From: Prevotellaceae bacterium
GTDB taxonomy: Bacteria; Bacteroidota; Bacteroidia; Bacteroidales; Bacteroidaceae
Assembly (NCBI GenBank): GCA_031262785.1
Contig: JAISHB010000096.1
Span: forward strand, 8,604 to 72,603
Direction: 5' to 3'
Length of the DNA: 64,000 nucleotides
The translations under genes were made by a program, and so were the position numbers. Every line of letters begins with the position of its first letter. The stretch's first letter is position 1. Under the pieces are notes generated by a model. That model was not told the DNA's origin and searched no databases. It saw only the letters and a list, made by a program, of their open reading frames with translations. Of this stretch, positions 20,251 to 30,681 are shown piece after piece.

Positions 20251-20538
20251 GCCCCAACCTTATCTACTTTACGAGAAAAAGATCAGACACGCCGTCTACC
20301 TGTGTGAGGAAGAGCATTCCGTTTGCGCCAAACCGCATCAGATGGTAGACAGACAAAGGCCTCTTGTGTCAGGTTCGGATTCATTCGGCCGCAAGCGTGT
20401 CTTGTTTCCGAGACACGATGCTTCCGGGGTTGCGGAGCGCATTGCACAAAAAAGAGGGAAAGAATCTTGCATATTACAAAAGGATACTTGGAAAAAGTGG
20501 CTACCTTTGCACGCAATAACTCGCGCTATCTGAATAAC

Positions 20539-21030
20539 ATGACCCGAATAGGACTTCTTTCCGACACCCACGCTTGCTGGGACGAGAAATACCTGCAACA
20601 CTTTGAACCGTGCCACGAGATCTGGCACGCCGGCGACATCGGTTCGGCCGAGGTGGCCGACCGCCTCGAAGCCTTTCGCCCGCTGCGTGCCGTCTATGGC
20701 AACATCGACGGGGGCGATCTTCGGCAGCGTTTCCCCGAAACCAGCCGTTTCACGGTCGAAGGCGTCGATGTGCTCCTTAAACACATCGGCGGCTATCCCG
20801 GACACTACGACGCCTCGGTGCGTAGCCAGCTCTTCGTGCATCCGCCCAAGCTTTTTGTGAGCGGACACTCGCACATCCTCAAGGTGCAGTTCGACAAGGC
20901 GCTGAACCTGTTACACCTTAATCCGGGCGCGGCCGGACGTTCGGGGTTTCATCAAACGCGCACCCTGGTGCGCTTCGTGGTTGACGGCGACCAAGTGCGC
21001 GACCTCGAAGTCATCGAATTGGCCGGATAA
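20539..21030 (+). CDS. metallophosphoesterase (YfcE-like)
   Basis: SDTH, HAGD, GNID, GHSH, NPG motifs. Confidence 0.93.
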   Translation: MTRIGLLSDTHACWDEKYLQHFEPCHEIWHAGDIGSAEVADRLEAFRPLRAVYGNIDGGDLRQRFPETSRFTVEGVDVLLKHIGGYPGHYDASVRSQLFVHPPKLFVSGHSHILKVQFDKALNLLHLNPGAAGRSGFHQTRTLVRFVVDGDQVRDLEVIELAG

Positions 21031-21092
21031 TTTTGCCGTCTCATCCTTTATTCAGACATTTGCCCTGCATTAATCCCCCTAATAAGAATCAC

Positions 21093-21956
21093 ATGAAAGG
21101 AATCATTCTTGCCGGTGGTAGCGCCACCCGCCTCTATCCTCTCTCCAAAGCCATCTCCAAACAAATCATGCCGGTGTATGACAAACCGATGATTTACTAT
21201 CCGCTCTCCACCCTGATGCTGGCGGGCATCCGCGAGGTGCTCATCATTTCCACCCCGCGTGACTTGCCCATGTTCCGCCAGTTGCTGGGCGACGGCAGCT
21301 CACTGGGCATGACCTTCTCCTATAAGATACAGGAAACACCCAACGGACTGGCGCAAGCCTTTGTGCTGGGCGCCGACTTCCTGGCCGGAGAGCCGGGATG
21401 CCTCATCTTGGGCGACAATATGTTCTACGGACAGCAGTTCTCGGCCATGCTGCGCCGCGCCGCCGCCATAGAACGGGGTGCCTGCATCTTCGGCTACTAC
21501 GTGAAAGACCCGCGTGCCTACGGCGTGGTGGAATTTGATGCCGACGGCCGCGTGCACTCGCTCGAAGAGAAGCCGGCCAACCCCAAGAGCAACTATGCCG
21601 TGCCCGGCCTCTACTTCTACGATGCCACCGTCACCGGGAAGGCAGCCGGCCTCCAACCCTCGGCACGCGGTGAATATGAAATCACCGACCTCAACCGCCT
21701 CTACCTCGAAGAGGGCACCCTCCAGGTAGAACTCTTCGGACGCGGTTTTGCCTGGCTCGACACGGGCAACTGCGACAGCCTGCTCGAGGCCTCGAACTTC
21801 ATCGCCACCATCCAGAACCGCCAAGGGTTCTACGTCAGCTGTATCGAAGAGATAGCCTGGCGCAACGGCTGGATAGACACCGATCAATTGCGTGCCCTGG
21901 GACGCCAATTGGAGAAGACCGAGTATGGCAAGTACCTCCTCGACCTCTCCCGCTAA
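21093..21956 (+). CDS. rfbA: glucose-1-phosphate thymidylyltransferase
   Basis: [29 protein letters not shown]. Confidence 0.97.
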   Translation: MKGIILAGGSATRLYPLSKAISKQIMPVYDKPMIYYPLSTLMLAGIREVLIISTPRDLPMFRQLLGDGSSLGMTFSYKIQETPNGLAQAFVLGADFLAGEPGCLILGDNMFYGQQFSAMLRRAAAIERGACIFGYYVKDPRAYGVVEFDADGRVHSLEEKPANPKSNYAVPGLYFYDATVTGKAAGLQPSARGEYEITDLNRLYLEEGTLQVELFGRGFAWLDTGNCDSLLEASNFIATIQNRQGFYVSCIEEIAWRNGWIDTDQLRALGRQLEKTEYGKYLLDLSR

Positions 21957-21992
21957 TTCGTTATTCACACTCCATCATTCTCATTATCATCT

Positions 21993-23132
21993 ATGAAGAC
22001 CTATCTTGTTACCGGAGCTGCCGGATTCATCGGCGCCAACTACATTAAATACATTCTGGCACAGCACGACGACATTCGTGTGGTGATCCTCGACGCGCTC
22101 ACCTATGCGGGCAACCTCGGCACCATTGCCAAAGACATCGACCAGGAGCGTTGCTTCTTCGTTAAGGGCGACATCTGCGACCGCACCCTGGCCGACGAGC
22201 TGTTCGCCAAGTTTAAATTCGACTACGTGGTCAACTTTGCGGCCGAAAGCCACGTCGACCGCAGCATCGAGAACCCGCAACTCTTCCTCCAGACCAACAT
22301 CCTGGGCACTCAGAACCTGCTGGATGCCGCCCGCCGTGCGTGGGTCAACGGCCGCGACCAGGAGGGCTATCCCAAATGGAGCAAAGGGGTACGTTTCCAC
22401 CAAGTATCCACCGACGAGGTCTACGGCTCACTGGGTGCCGAAGGTTACTTCACCGAACAAACCCCGCTCTGCCCGCACAGCCCCTACAGTGCCTCGAAAA
22501 CCAGCGCCGACTTGGTGGTGATGGCCTATCACGACACCTATAAAATGCCGGTGACCATTACCCGCTGCTCGAACAACTACGGCCCCTATCACTTTCCCGA
22601 GAAACTTATCCCGCTCATCATCAAAAACATTCTGGAGGGGAAGAAACTCCCCGTCTACGGCGACGGCAGCAACGTGCGCGACTGGCTCTATGTCGAGGAT
22701 CACTGCAAAGCCATCGACCTGGTGGTGCGCGCCGGCAAAGAGGGCGAGGTCTACAACGTGGGCGGGCACAACGAAAAGACCAATCTGGAGATTGTCCGCC
22801 TGACCATCGCCACCATCCACCGGCTCATGAGCGAGCAGCCCGCCTATCGGAGCGTGCTCAAGAAACAGGTGAAGAACGAGGCCGGCGAAATAGACATCGA
22901 CTGGATCAACGAAGAGCTTATCACCTTCGTCAAAGACCGCCTCGGGCACGACCAGCGTTATGCCATTGACCCGGCCAAAATCACGGCGGCACTGGGTTGG
23001 AGACCCGAAACTGCTTTTGAGACGGGCATCGTCAAGACCATTGAGTGGTATCTCACCCACCAGGCGTGGGTGGAAGAGGTGACCAGCGGCGACTACCAGC
23101 ACTACTACGAACAGATGTACGGGAAACGGTAG
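21993..23132 (+). CDS. rfbB: dTDP-glucose 4,6-dehydratase
   Basis: TGAAGFIG, AAESHVDRSI, STDEVYG, YSASK. Confidence 0.97.
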   Translation: MKTYLVTGAAGFIGANYIKYILAQHDDIRVVILDALTYAGNLGTIAKDIDQERCFFVKGDICDRTLADELFAKFKFDYVVNFAAESHVDRSIENPQLFLQTNILGTQNLLDAARRAWVNGRDQEGYPKWSKGVRFHQVSTDEVYGSLGAEGYFTEQTPLCPHSPYSASKTSADLVVMAYHDTYKMPVTITRCSNNYGPYHFPEKLIPLIIKNILEGKKLPVYGDGSNVRDWLYVEDHCKAIDLVVRAGKEGEVYNVGGHNEKTNLEIVRLTIATIHRLMSEQPAYRSVLKKQVKNEAGEIDIDWINEELITFVKDRLGHDQRYAIDPAKITAALGWRPETAFETGIVKTIEWYLTHQAWVEEVTSGDYQHYYEQMYGKR

Positions 23133-23162
23133 ACCGAACGGTCTACGACTTTTCGTAAAAAC

Positions 23163-23200
23163 CAGCAGAGGGTGTGTCGCCGGCGACACACCCTCTGCTG
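23163..23200. terminator. perfect 38-bp palindrome between convergent rfbB and topA
   Basis: CAGCAGAGGGTGTGTCGCC|GGCGACACACCCTCTGCTG. Confidence 0.75.
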
Positions 23201-23203
23201 CGT

Positions 23204-25558
23204 TTATGCTTTCTTGGCCTTAGCCGCTCGTTTGGGCTTCCCCCCCGAGGCCTCTCCTTTGGCTTGCTGTGTCCGGACAATCTCTAAGCATTGTTCCAGT
23301 GTGAGCGTGTCGGGAGCGGTGTTCTTGGGGATTTTGTAGTTGCTTCCCTTGTAGGCGATGTAAGGGCCGAAGCGGCCGTTCATGATTTCCAGCTCCGGCT
23401 CGCCGGCAAATTGTTTGAGGTGTTTCTTGGCATCGGCTTCGGCTTTGGCTTGTATCAGTGCCAGGGCCTCTTCCAAACTAATCTCCATCGGGTCGGTACC
23501 TTTGGGGAGCGAGGTGTAGCTGCCGTTGTAGTAGACATAGGGACCGAAGCGGCCAATGTTGACCGTGACCACTTTGCCCGCTTGCTCGCCTAAGTGACGG
23601 GGCAACTTGAAGAGTTCGAGCACCTCCCCGAGTGTAACGGTCTCGATAGACATACCTTTCTTGAGTGACGAGAAGCGGGGTTTGTCCGCATCCTCGGCCG
23701 AGCCAATCTGTGCAATCGGTCCGAAACGGCCAATCTTCACCGACACGGGCTTACCGCTGACCGGATCGGTGCCCAACAGCCGTTCGCCCACCTTGTGGGC
23801 GGTTTTCTCGGTCAGTGTCTTCTCGACGTTGGGATGGAAGGTCTTGTAGAAGTCGTCCATGATCACCGTCCAGCGGGTTTCGCCCTCGGCAATCTCGTCG
23901 AACTGCTTCTCGACGTTGGCCGTGAAGTTATAGTTCATGATGTTGGGGAAGTTTTGCGCCAGGAAATCGGTCACCACCATGCCGATGTCGGTGGGCAGCA
24001 GCTTGCCCTTCTCGGCACCGGTCAGCTCGGTTTGGGTGGACTCGGTGATCTGCGCTTGGTACAGGGTGAGCACGTTGTAGGAACGCTCGGTACCTTCGCG
24101 ATCACCCTTCTCCACATAGTCGCGTTGCTGAATGGTGGAGATGGTGGGAGCGTAGGTGGAGGGGCGTCCGATGCCCAACTCTTCCATCTTACGCACCAAG
24201 CTGGCCTCGGTGTAGCGGGGCGGATGCTGGGAGAAGCGCTGGGTGGCGGTGATTTGCCGGTAGGTGAGCGTTTGTCCTTTCGTCAGCGGGGGCAGCAGGG
24301 TGCCTTCGCTCTGGCTGTCGGCCTCGTCGTCGAACGACTCGCGGTAGAGGCGCAGAAAACCGTCGAACGTCACCACTTCGCCTTCGGCCACGAAGGTGTC
24401 GGAGGCATTGCTCAGGCCGATGGTGGCCGTTGTCTTCTCTAACTGGGCTTCGGCCATCTGCGAGGCGATGGTGCGCTTCCAGATCAGGTCGTAGAGCTTC
24501 TTTTCCTGCGCCGTTCCGGCTATCTCGGTCTGGTCCATGTAGGTGGGGCGGATGGCTTCGTGCGCCTCTTGCGCCCCCTTGGTTTTGGTCTGGAAGTTGC
24601 GCGAGTGTACATACTGTTCGCCCATCAGACGGGTGATGGCCTCTTTGCTGGTGTGAATGGCCAGCGACGAGAGGTTGACCGAGTCGGTACGCATGTAGGT
24701 GATGTGTCCCGCCTCGTAGAGCTGTTGCGCCACGCGCATGGTCTGCGCCACGGTGAAGGAGAGCTTGCGTGCCGCCTCTTGTTGCAGCGTGGAGGTGGTA
24801 AAGGGAGCGGCCGGACTCTTCTTGAGAGGGCGTTTGGTGATGTCGGTGATGGTGAAAGTGGCGGTACGGCATGCCTCCAGCAGTTGCTGGGCTTCGGCCT
24901 TGGTTTTCATCCGCCGCGCCACCTCGGCTTTCAGTTCTACGGGCTTTCCATCGGCATCCTCCAGCAGGAACAATGCTGTGGCGCGGTAGGAAGCCTCGCT
25001 CCGGAAGGCGTGTATCTCACGTTCGCGCTCTACAATCAGGCGCACGGCCACCGACTGCACCCGTCCGGCCGAGAGGGAAGGTTTCACCTTGCGCCACAAT
25101 ACGGGCGAAAGTTCGAAACCTACCAGCCGATCGAGAATGCGACGGGCTTGTTGGGCATCTACCAAATTGCGGTCGATGTCACGGGGATGTTCAATGGCTT
25201 GCAGGATAGCAGTCTTGGTGATTTCGTGGAAGACAATGCGCTTGGTGTGTTCGGGACGAAGCTTCAACACTTCATACAAGTGCCAGGCAATAGCCTCTCC
25301 CTCGCGGTCTTCATCGGAGGCGAGCCATACCATGTCGGCCCCTGCTGCGGCGCTTTTCAAGCTCTTGACCACAGTTTTCTTATCTTCGGGTATTTCGTAG
25401 TCGGGAGCGAAGTTGTGCTCTACGTCGATGCCGAAATCTTTCTTCTTCAAGTCACGTATATGACCGTAACTGGAAAGCACGGTGAAGTCTTTCCCTAAAA
25501 ACTTTTCGATAGTTTTTGCTTTTGCCGGCGATTCGACAATAACGAGGTTTTTTGCCAT
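23204..25558 (-). CDS. topA: DNA topoisomerase I
   Basis: MAKNLVIVESPAKAKTI, D.DREGE, SAGRVQ, ITYMRTD, GRFGPY C-terminal repeats. Confidence 0.98.
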   Translation of the reverse strand: MAKNLVIVESPAKAKTIEKFLGKDFTVLSSYGHIRDLKKKDFGIDVEHNFAPDYEIPEDKKTVVKSLKSAAAGADMVWLASDEDREGEAIAWHLYEVLKLRPEHTKRIVFHEITKTAILQAIEHPRDIDRNLVDAQQARRILDRLVGFELSPVLWRKVKPSLSAGRVQSVAVRLIVEREREIHAFRSEASYRATALFLLEDADGKPVELKAEVARRMKTKAEAQQLLEACRTATFTITDITKRPLKKSPAAPFTTSTLQQEAARKLSFTVAQTMRVAQQLYEAGHITYMRTDSVNLSSLAIHTSKEAITRLMGEQYVHSRNFQTKTKGAQEAHEAIRPTYMDQTEIAGTAQEKKLYDLIWKRTIASQMAEAQLEKTTATIGLSNASDTFVAEGEVVTFDGFLRLYRESFDDEADSQSEGTLLPPLTKGQTLTYRQITATQRFSQHPPRYTEASLVRKMEELGIGRPSTYAPTISTIQQRDYVEKGDREGTERSYNVLTLYQAQITESTQTELTGAEKGKLLPTDIGMVVTDFLAQNFPNIMNYNFTANVEKQFDEIAEGETRWTVIMDDFYKTFHPNVEKTLTEKTAHKVGERLLGTDPVSGKPVSVKIGRFGPIAQIGSAEDADKPRFSSLKKGMSIETVTLGEVLELFKLPRHLGEQAGKVVTVNIGRFGPYVYYNGSYTSLPKGTDPMEISLEEALALIQAKAEADAKKHLKQFAGEPELEIMNGRFGPYIAYKGSNYKIPKNTAPDTLTLEQCLEIVRTQQAKGEASGGKPKRAAKAKKA

Positions 25559-25711
25559 AACATTCTCTTTAGAGTGGGTCTTTCCACAAATTTGGCCGCA
25601 AAAGTAGAAAAAACTATTGTGACTGTGGGCATAACGAATAAAAAATAAGCTTAGCGACTGTTTAAAGGCAAGCAGACCATCGCCCCCGAACCGGTAAACA
25701 CTCATTGTCAC

Positions 25712-25930
25712 CGTGTCAATGAGTCCACACGGGTTTGCGGCAGCTCATTGCACCGGTGTAATGAGCATCCGCACACGCGTGGGAGACTTTTGACACGGTG
25801 TAATGAGCATCCGCACACGTGCGGGAGACTTTTGACACGGTGGAATAATCGCCTGCACACGTGCGGGAGGCTTTTGACACCGTGGAATAATCGCCTGCAT
25901 ACGTGCGGGAGCCTTTTGACAGGGTGGAAT
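25712..25930. repeat. 42-bp tandem array, 5-6 units (GGTG(T/G)AAT..GCACACGTGCGGGAGACTTTTGACAC)
   Basis: unit starts at 25755, 25797, 25839, 25881, 25923, plus a degenerate unit near 25712. Confidence 0.95.
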
Positions 25931-25959
25931 GGCTGCAGACCCCGGCACGGCAGGTTATA

Positions 25960-25993
25960 GCAAAGCCCGAATCGCCATCGATTCGGGCTTTGC
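25960..25993. terminator. 15-bp perfect stem hairpin downstream of the outer-membrane protein gene
   Basis: GCAAAGCCCGAATCG-CCAT-CGATTCGGGCTTTGC. Confidence 0.7.
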
Positions 25994-26030
25994 GGGGATG
26001 TTGCGCGTGAAGAACGAAGACACACCTCGC

Positions 26031-27794
26031 TTAGAAGCGGAAGCTTAGGCCGCCTATGAAATTGAGTTTTTCGGCGGGGTAATATTCGTAATATTGGTAG
26101 CTCCTATTTAAGATATTCCGAATGCGGGCATAGATGGAGACATTTTTCAGCAGTTCATAGTTGCATCCGGCGTGGAGGTTATTCACCGGGGAGACCACCT
26201 CGGCGAGTGTTTGCGCCTGGTCGGTGTCGGCCACCCCCTCGATGCCCTTGCGGGTAATCTGTTGATAGCCGATGGTTACCGAGAGAGGAGCTATAGGCCG
26301 GACTTCGAGCGCGAAATTCAGTTCCAGCTTGGGTTTGAAGTAGAGTGAGGCTTTGTCGCCATGCTCCTTCGCTGCCCAATTACGATAGATACCATTGGCG
26401 CTGAAGGTTAGCTTGTCTTTGTAGGAGTAGCGCAATTCGGCACCGGCATAGCTATTGTGCGTATCGATAGTGCCCAAGCCGACATCATATAACATGAAAT
26501 CCTCCGAGTTTGCGTTATCATCGCGACGGGTTATCAGGTAGGCACAGGCATCGTTCTTTAGCTGTTGATAGCCACCGTAGAGATGAAACCACAACCCGTT
26601 GGTCGGGGAAGCTTTGAAGCCAACAGAAGCATTGATTTGCTCATAACCCGCATGCCACCAATAAGAACCGGACGTAATGTAGGGAGAGTATTGTTCGACA
26701 CGCCTGTAATCATAATTGTTGCGTCTCCCCGTGGCTTGTGCATAGGCCACATAGTGGTCGGCAAACGTATATTGTACCTTCACATCGGGCGATACATGGG
26801 TTTTTTGTCCCGGATAGGTGCCGAAATCGAGATTCACACCCAATCGAATGTGCAACGCTTCGCCCGCTAACAGATAATGAGGATTCAGTGTGAGAAATCC
26901 CTGTCTGGGATAGTCTACTCTGCGACGTTCCCGAGCATACCAATAGTGAGCAAAGGAGACTCCCAGGCCGATGCGATGCTCTTCCACTATTTTTCGGGTT
27001 GCTTCGGCTTTGAGGTAGAGTTCATCTTCGGCGGGAAAGTCTTTTCTGCCGAAATAACGGTAACCGCCCTCCAGACTATAGTGGAGCGAAAGGTTGTCGT
27101 TGTTGGAACGAATGCCGGCATAACCGGCTACCCGGGTGTATTTGAGCTTGCGATTGACGGGATAAGAGAGTAGATTAAAGTTGCGTACTCCCAAGTTCCC
27201 GCCCACATACACGTCGGCATTCCTAAAGGAGTGGGTATAACGCAGATCGGCATCCGTGTTGTAGTGGTAGGCTCCCCATTTGTTGCCGGGCATGCGGGGG
27301 AGTGGTGGTGGTGCCATTTCTATCGGATATACTAATTGGTCCATCCGCTCTACCGATGCGTTAAACCCCTTCGCCGTTAAATCACCATTCATCCCCACCG
27401 TCCGGAAGTTCACCTCCAGCCGGTCGCGCTCGGAGATAGCCCAATCGTATCCGGCCCTCCCCTCGAGGTTGCCGTAGTTGCCCATTCCAAAGCGGGCATA
27501 GCCGCGTGTGCCACGGGGTTGTTTGTCGGGAGCCGAGAACGAAGGCATCGTGCCCAAGGGAATCTCCGAGGCAGGCACGGCCTGTGTGTCATATTCCACT
27601 GCCCTCCCGCTGACGGCGGGCGGCTCGACGGCCGGTAACACATTGACTTTGGAAGCATCCAGGATGTCGGGGTTGTAGCTTTGCTCCACCACCACGGTAC
27701 GGGTCAGCGTGGTGTCGGCAGCTTGCCGCTGCGCCAAGGTCTTGGCCGGAAGGAGCAGCGCGGTTAGGGCTGTTAGATAGATCACTCTTTTCAT
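26031..27794 (-). CDS. outer-membrane beta-barrel protein (TonB-dependent-receptor-like), conserved partner of the TPR gene
   Basis: signal peptide, VVVEQSYNPDILDASK motif, beta-strand pattern, C-terminal LSFRF. Confidence 0.8.
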   Translation of the reverse strand: MKRVIYLTALTALLLPAKTLAQRQAADTTLTRTVVVEQSYNPDILDASKVNVLPAVEPPAVSGRAVEYDTQAVPASEIPLGTMPSFSAPDKQPRGTRGYARFGMGNYGNLEGRAGYDWAISERDRLEVNFRTVGMNGDLTAKGFNASVERMDQLVYPIEMAPPPLPRMPGNKWGAYHYNTDADLRYTHSFRNADVYVGGNLGVRNFNLLSYPVNRKLKYTRVAGYAGIRSNNDNLSLHYSLEGGYRYFGRKDFPAEDELYLKAEATRKIVEEHRIGLGVSFAHYWYARERRRVDYPRQGFLTLNPHYLLAGEALHIRLGVNLDFGTYPGQKTHVSPDVKVQYTFADHYVAYAQATGRRNNYDYRRVEQYSPYITSGSYWWHAGYEQINASVGFKASPTNGLWFHLYGGYQQLKNDACAYLITRRDDNANSEDFMLYDVGLGTIDTHNSYAGAELRYSYKDKLTFSANGIYRNWAAKEHGDKASLYFKPKLELNFALEVRPIAPLSVTIGYQQITRKGIEGVADTDQAQTLAEVVSPVNNLHAGCNYELLKNVSIYARIRNILNRSYQYYEYYPAEKLNFIGGLSFRF

Positions 27795-27828
27795 GTTGTT
27801 TCTATTATATATAAGGAGGAGAAGGGAA

Positions 27829-30681
27829 TTATTCAGCCGGCTGCTCGGGTTGCAGCTTCTGCAGTCGGACGGTAATCATGCCGGCAATGTCATCGTCGGC
27901 TTGGTAGTTTTGTTGAAGACTCAACAGGTATTGGCGGGCGTCGAGCTTCTTACCCTGCGCCACATACACATCCGAGAGGAGCACAAAGGTGCGTGCCAGC
28001 CAGTAGGCGTGCGGCGTGCTCTGATCGATGAAGGCAAGCGCCTCTTTCTCGGCACGGGCATAGTCGGCTTCGTTGTAGAAGAGTTGCGCCACCAGATACT
28101 TGGCCTCCGCTCCCTGTTGGGTACGGGTGTCTTCGGCCAGGGCGCGAAGGTCGGGCAGCGCCTGGGTATCGGCATTCTCATGGAGATAGGCTTTGGCGCG
28201 ACGGTAACGAGCTTCGGTAATCAGCTCGGGCGTTACTTTGCCGCCCGCAAGGTCGCCCTCCACCGGAGCGAGCAACTCGGTAGCCGCACGGATGGTCTCG
28301 GCATCGTTCTCCAACAGCACGGCACAACGTAGTATGCCCGTGAGCGCCAGTTGGCCACGGTCGGTACCGACGGTTTTGGATTGAAGCAACTGGTAGTCGG
28401 CCAGTGCCCGGTCATACTGTTTGCGACCGAAGCAGATGTCGGCATGCATCACCAGCGCCTCTTCCGAAAAGGCACCGTTGGGATAGTGTTGCAAGTAGGC
28501 CGACAGGGCCGGTTCGGCCTGCGTCAGGTCGCCTTTGAGGTAGATCTTCTCGGCGGCGAGGTAGGTGAGGGTGTCTTGTTCGCCGGCATCCAAACGGGTG
28601 GCACCGGGCATCGTGGAAGCCAGCGCGGCATATTCGTCCACCCGATTGGCGTCGACGTAGATCGACTTGAGATCACGCAGTGCCAGGCGCGCTTCGTCGC
28701 TTCCCCCGTAGCGGGTCACCACCTGCTTGTAGGCTTCGATAGCCCGATTGGTGTCACCGCTCTGGTAATAGAGCAAGCCTATTTCGGCGGCCGCCTTACG
28801 GCTGAGCGGACTCTGGGGATATCGCTCCAACAAGTCGGTGAAGGTGACGATGGCCTGCGCGGCATCGCCCGCTTGCGCATAGGAGCGTCCCTTTTCATAG
28901 AGCGCATTCAACAGATAGGGCGAGGTGGGATAGCGCACGGCCAGCTGACCGAGCAGAGCCACCTTGCCGTCGTAGTCCTTTTGCAAGCCGGCAATCAAGG
29001 CCTGTTGATACACCGAGTAGTCGGTGTTGCCCTGCAGGTAGTTGAGCTTGGCCTGTTCAAAGTTTCGGTTGTAGAGGTAGCAATCGCCGATGCGGTTATA
29101 GGCATCGGATAGTGCGGCCAGCGTAGCACCCGAGAGTTTTCCGCCGTCGCTGCCTCTCAGAAGCGAGACGGCACGGGAAAACTGGTTGCCGGCCAACGCA
29201 TACTCTTTGGCATCGAAGGCGAGATAGCCCAGGTTGTAATAGGCCAACGCATAGGTGGAGGTGGTGCGGGCTGCCGCCGGAGCGATGCGGAGGTAGTCGG
29301 TAAAGTCTTGCTTGGCCTCCGCCCGCTTTTGCACCCGATAGTATGCTTCGGCACGCCAATAAGTGGCATCGGCACAGGTTTGCAGGTTGTAGGCTCCCAA
29401 TGCAATGGAAGCGGTGAAGTAGTCGATGGCCGGTACAAACTGTGCATTGGCAAAGGCTTGGGTGCCCAATTGAAAGAGAATCTTCTGCTTGGCCTCGAGG
29501 ATGGCACTGCTCGGACGGGCAATCCGCCCGATGGAGGCGAGCGCCGCTTCGTAGCTGCGGGTGTTCAGGTAGACATCCACCAAGTAGCTGCTCACCTTGT
29601 CGGCATAACGCGAGGCGGGAAACTCATTGAGGAACTTCTCGAAGGCCGCCACCGATTCCCCAAAAGCCGAATAGGAGGTTTCGTGCAGGCAGAGCGCATA
29701 GTTGTAGGCCGCCTGCTCTTTCACCCCACGGTCGGCATCCGAAGCAGCCGCTTGTTCAAAGGCCATGCGTGCCCGTGCTTTGTCGGAGAGCTGCAGGTAG
29801 GACAAGCCGATGTGCAGGTAGGCGTTCTGAGAGAGTGCATCGTTCACGCCCACCACTTCGCCCAACGTGTCGACGGCCTTGGAATAGACGTTGTTGCGAT
29901 AGTAGGAAAGCCCCAGCATGTAACGGGCATCGCGGCGGGGCATCTCAGTGGCGGCGACATAACGTTCCAGCAGTGTCATGGCTTCGGGATACTTGCCGTA
30001 GTGATAGTTCACCTCGCCCAGGATGCGATCAATCTCGGGGCGATGCTCTCCGGCGGGATAGGCCGAACGGAAACTCTGTGCCACATTCTCGGCCTTGTCG
30101 TACTGTTTCTTCTGCAGATAGATTTCGGCTATATAATAAGGTACCAGCGAGCGATAGGTCGGATGGTCTTGCAACGGCAGGAAATCCTTGAGCGCTTCGT
30201 CGGTGCGCCCCTGCGTATAGCGGATGTAGGCGATGTGATAGGCGCAGTCGGCTTCGTACTTCCGGCTGGTGGCGCGTACCGTTTCAAACCAGATGGCCGC
30301 TTGGGTGAGGTTGCCTGTTTTCAGGTAGCAGACGGCCAGGCGATAGCCCATGTCGTCGCGTTCACTATTGGCAAGCGCATTCAGGTCGGTGGCATTAAAC
30401 ATGCCCAAGGCTTCGTCGTAGCGTCCCTCGAAATAGTATGCCGAAGCCATCAACGCATAGATGCGGTTGGCATGTGGCGTATCGGGATATTCATCCAGAT
30501 AGGCTTGCAGCTTATCTAACCGCTGCGGATCGTTGCGTTCGTAGGCGGTGCAGACTTTGGCGTAGGCCGCTTCCATCTGATGGTCAACGGCCGGTGAGTC
30601 GTACAACCTGTGTTGTGCCGGAGCCGACAGAGGCAGGCAGCAAAGTGCGGCCAAAAAACTCTTCAAAAGTAGGTTCTTCAT
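27829..30681 (-). CDS. large secreted TPR-repeat protein
   Basis: signal peptide; many TPR helices; TPHAYWLAR C-terminal motif. Confidence 0.9.
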   Translation of the reverse strand: MKNLLLKSFLAALCCLPLSAPAQHRLYDSPAVDHQMEAAYAKVCTAYERNDPQRLDKLQAYLDEYPDTPHANRIYALMASAYYFEGRYDEALGMFNATDLNALANSERDDMGYRLAVCYLKTGNLTQAAIWFETVRATSRKYEADCAYHIAYIRYTQGRTDEALKDFLPLQDHPTYRSLVPYYIAEIYLQKKQYDKAENVAQSFRSAYPAGEHRPEIDRILGEVNYHYGKYPEAMTLLERYVAATEMPRRDARYMLGLSYYRNNVYSKAVDTLGEVVGVNDALSQNAYLHIGLSYLQLSDKARARMAFEQAAASDADRGVKEQAAYNYALCLHETSYSAFGESVAAFEKFLNEFPASRYADKVSSYLVDVYLNTRSYEAALASIGRIARPSSAILEAKQKILFQLGTQAFANAQFVPAIDYFTASIALGAYNLQTCADATYWRAEAYYRVQKRAEAKQDFTDYLRIAPAAARTTSTYALAYYNLGYLAFDAKEYALAGNQFSRAVSLLRGSDGGKLSGATLAALSDAYNRIGDCYLYNRNFEQAKLNYLQGNTDYSVYQQALIAGLQKDYDGKVALLGQLAVRYPTSPYLLNALYEKGRSYAQAGDAAQAIVTFTDLLERYPQSPLSRKAAAEIGLLYYQSGDTNRAIEAYKQVVTRYGGSDEARLALRDLKSIYVDANRVDEYAALASTMPGATRLDAGEQDTLTYLAAEKIYLKGDLTQAEPALSAYLQHYPNGAFSEEALVMHADICFGRKQYDRALADYQLLQSKTVGTDRGQLALTGILRCAVLLENDAETIRAATELLAPVEGDLAGGKVTPELITEARYRRAKAYLHENADTQALPDLRALAEDTRTQQGAEAKYLVAQLFYNEADYARAEKEALAFIDQSTPHAYWLARTFVLLSDVYVAQGKKLDARQYLLSLQQNYQADDDIAGMITVRLQKLQPEQPAE

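Noticed and set aside
20281-20460. Possible riboswitch or invertible promoter between the pilin and the phosphoesterase
   Set aside because: Only short scattered stems (GTCTACC/GGTAGAC, GTGTCTTG/CGAGACAC); no known aptamer, no promoter-flanking inverted repeat pair and no recombinase.
21093-23132. Capsule or O-antigen locus
   Set aside because: Only rfbA and rfbB are present, without glycosyltransferases, a flippase or UpxY/UpxZ.
23204-25711. Extended starts given by the ORF track for topA, era, argC, dinB, rfbA, the AI-2E transporter and the TPR gene
   Set aside because: Downstream ATGs match the conserved N-termini, and in several cases the extension crosses the -7 promoter box or a neighbouring gene.
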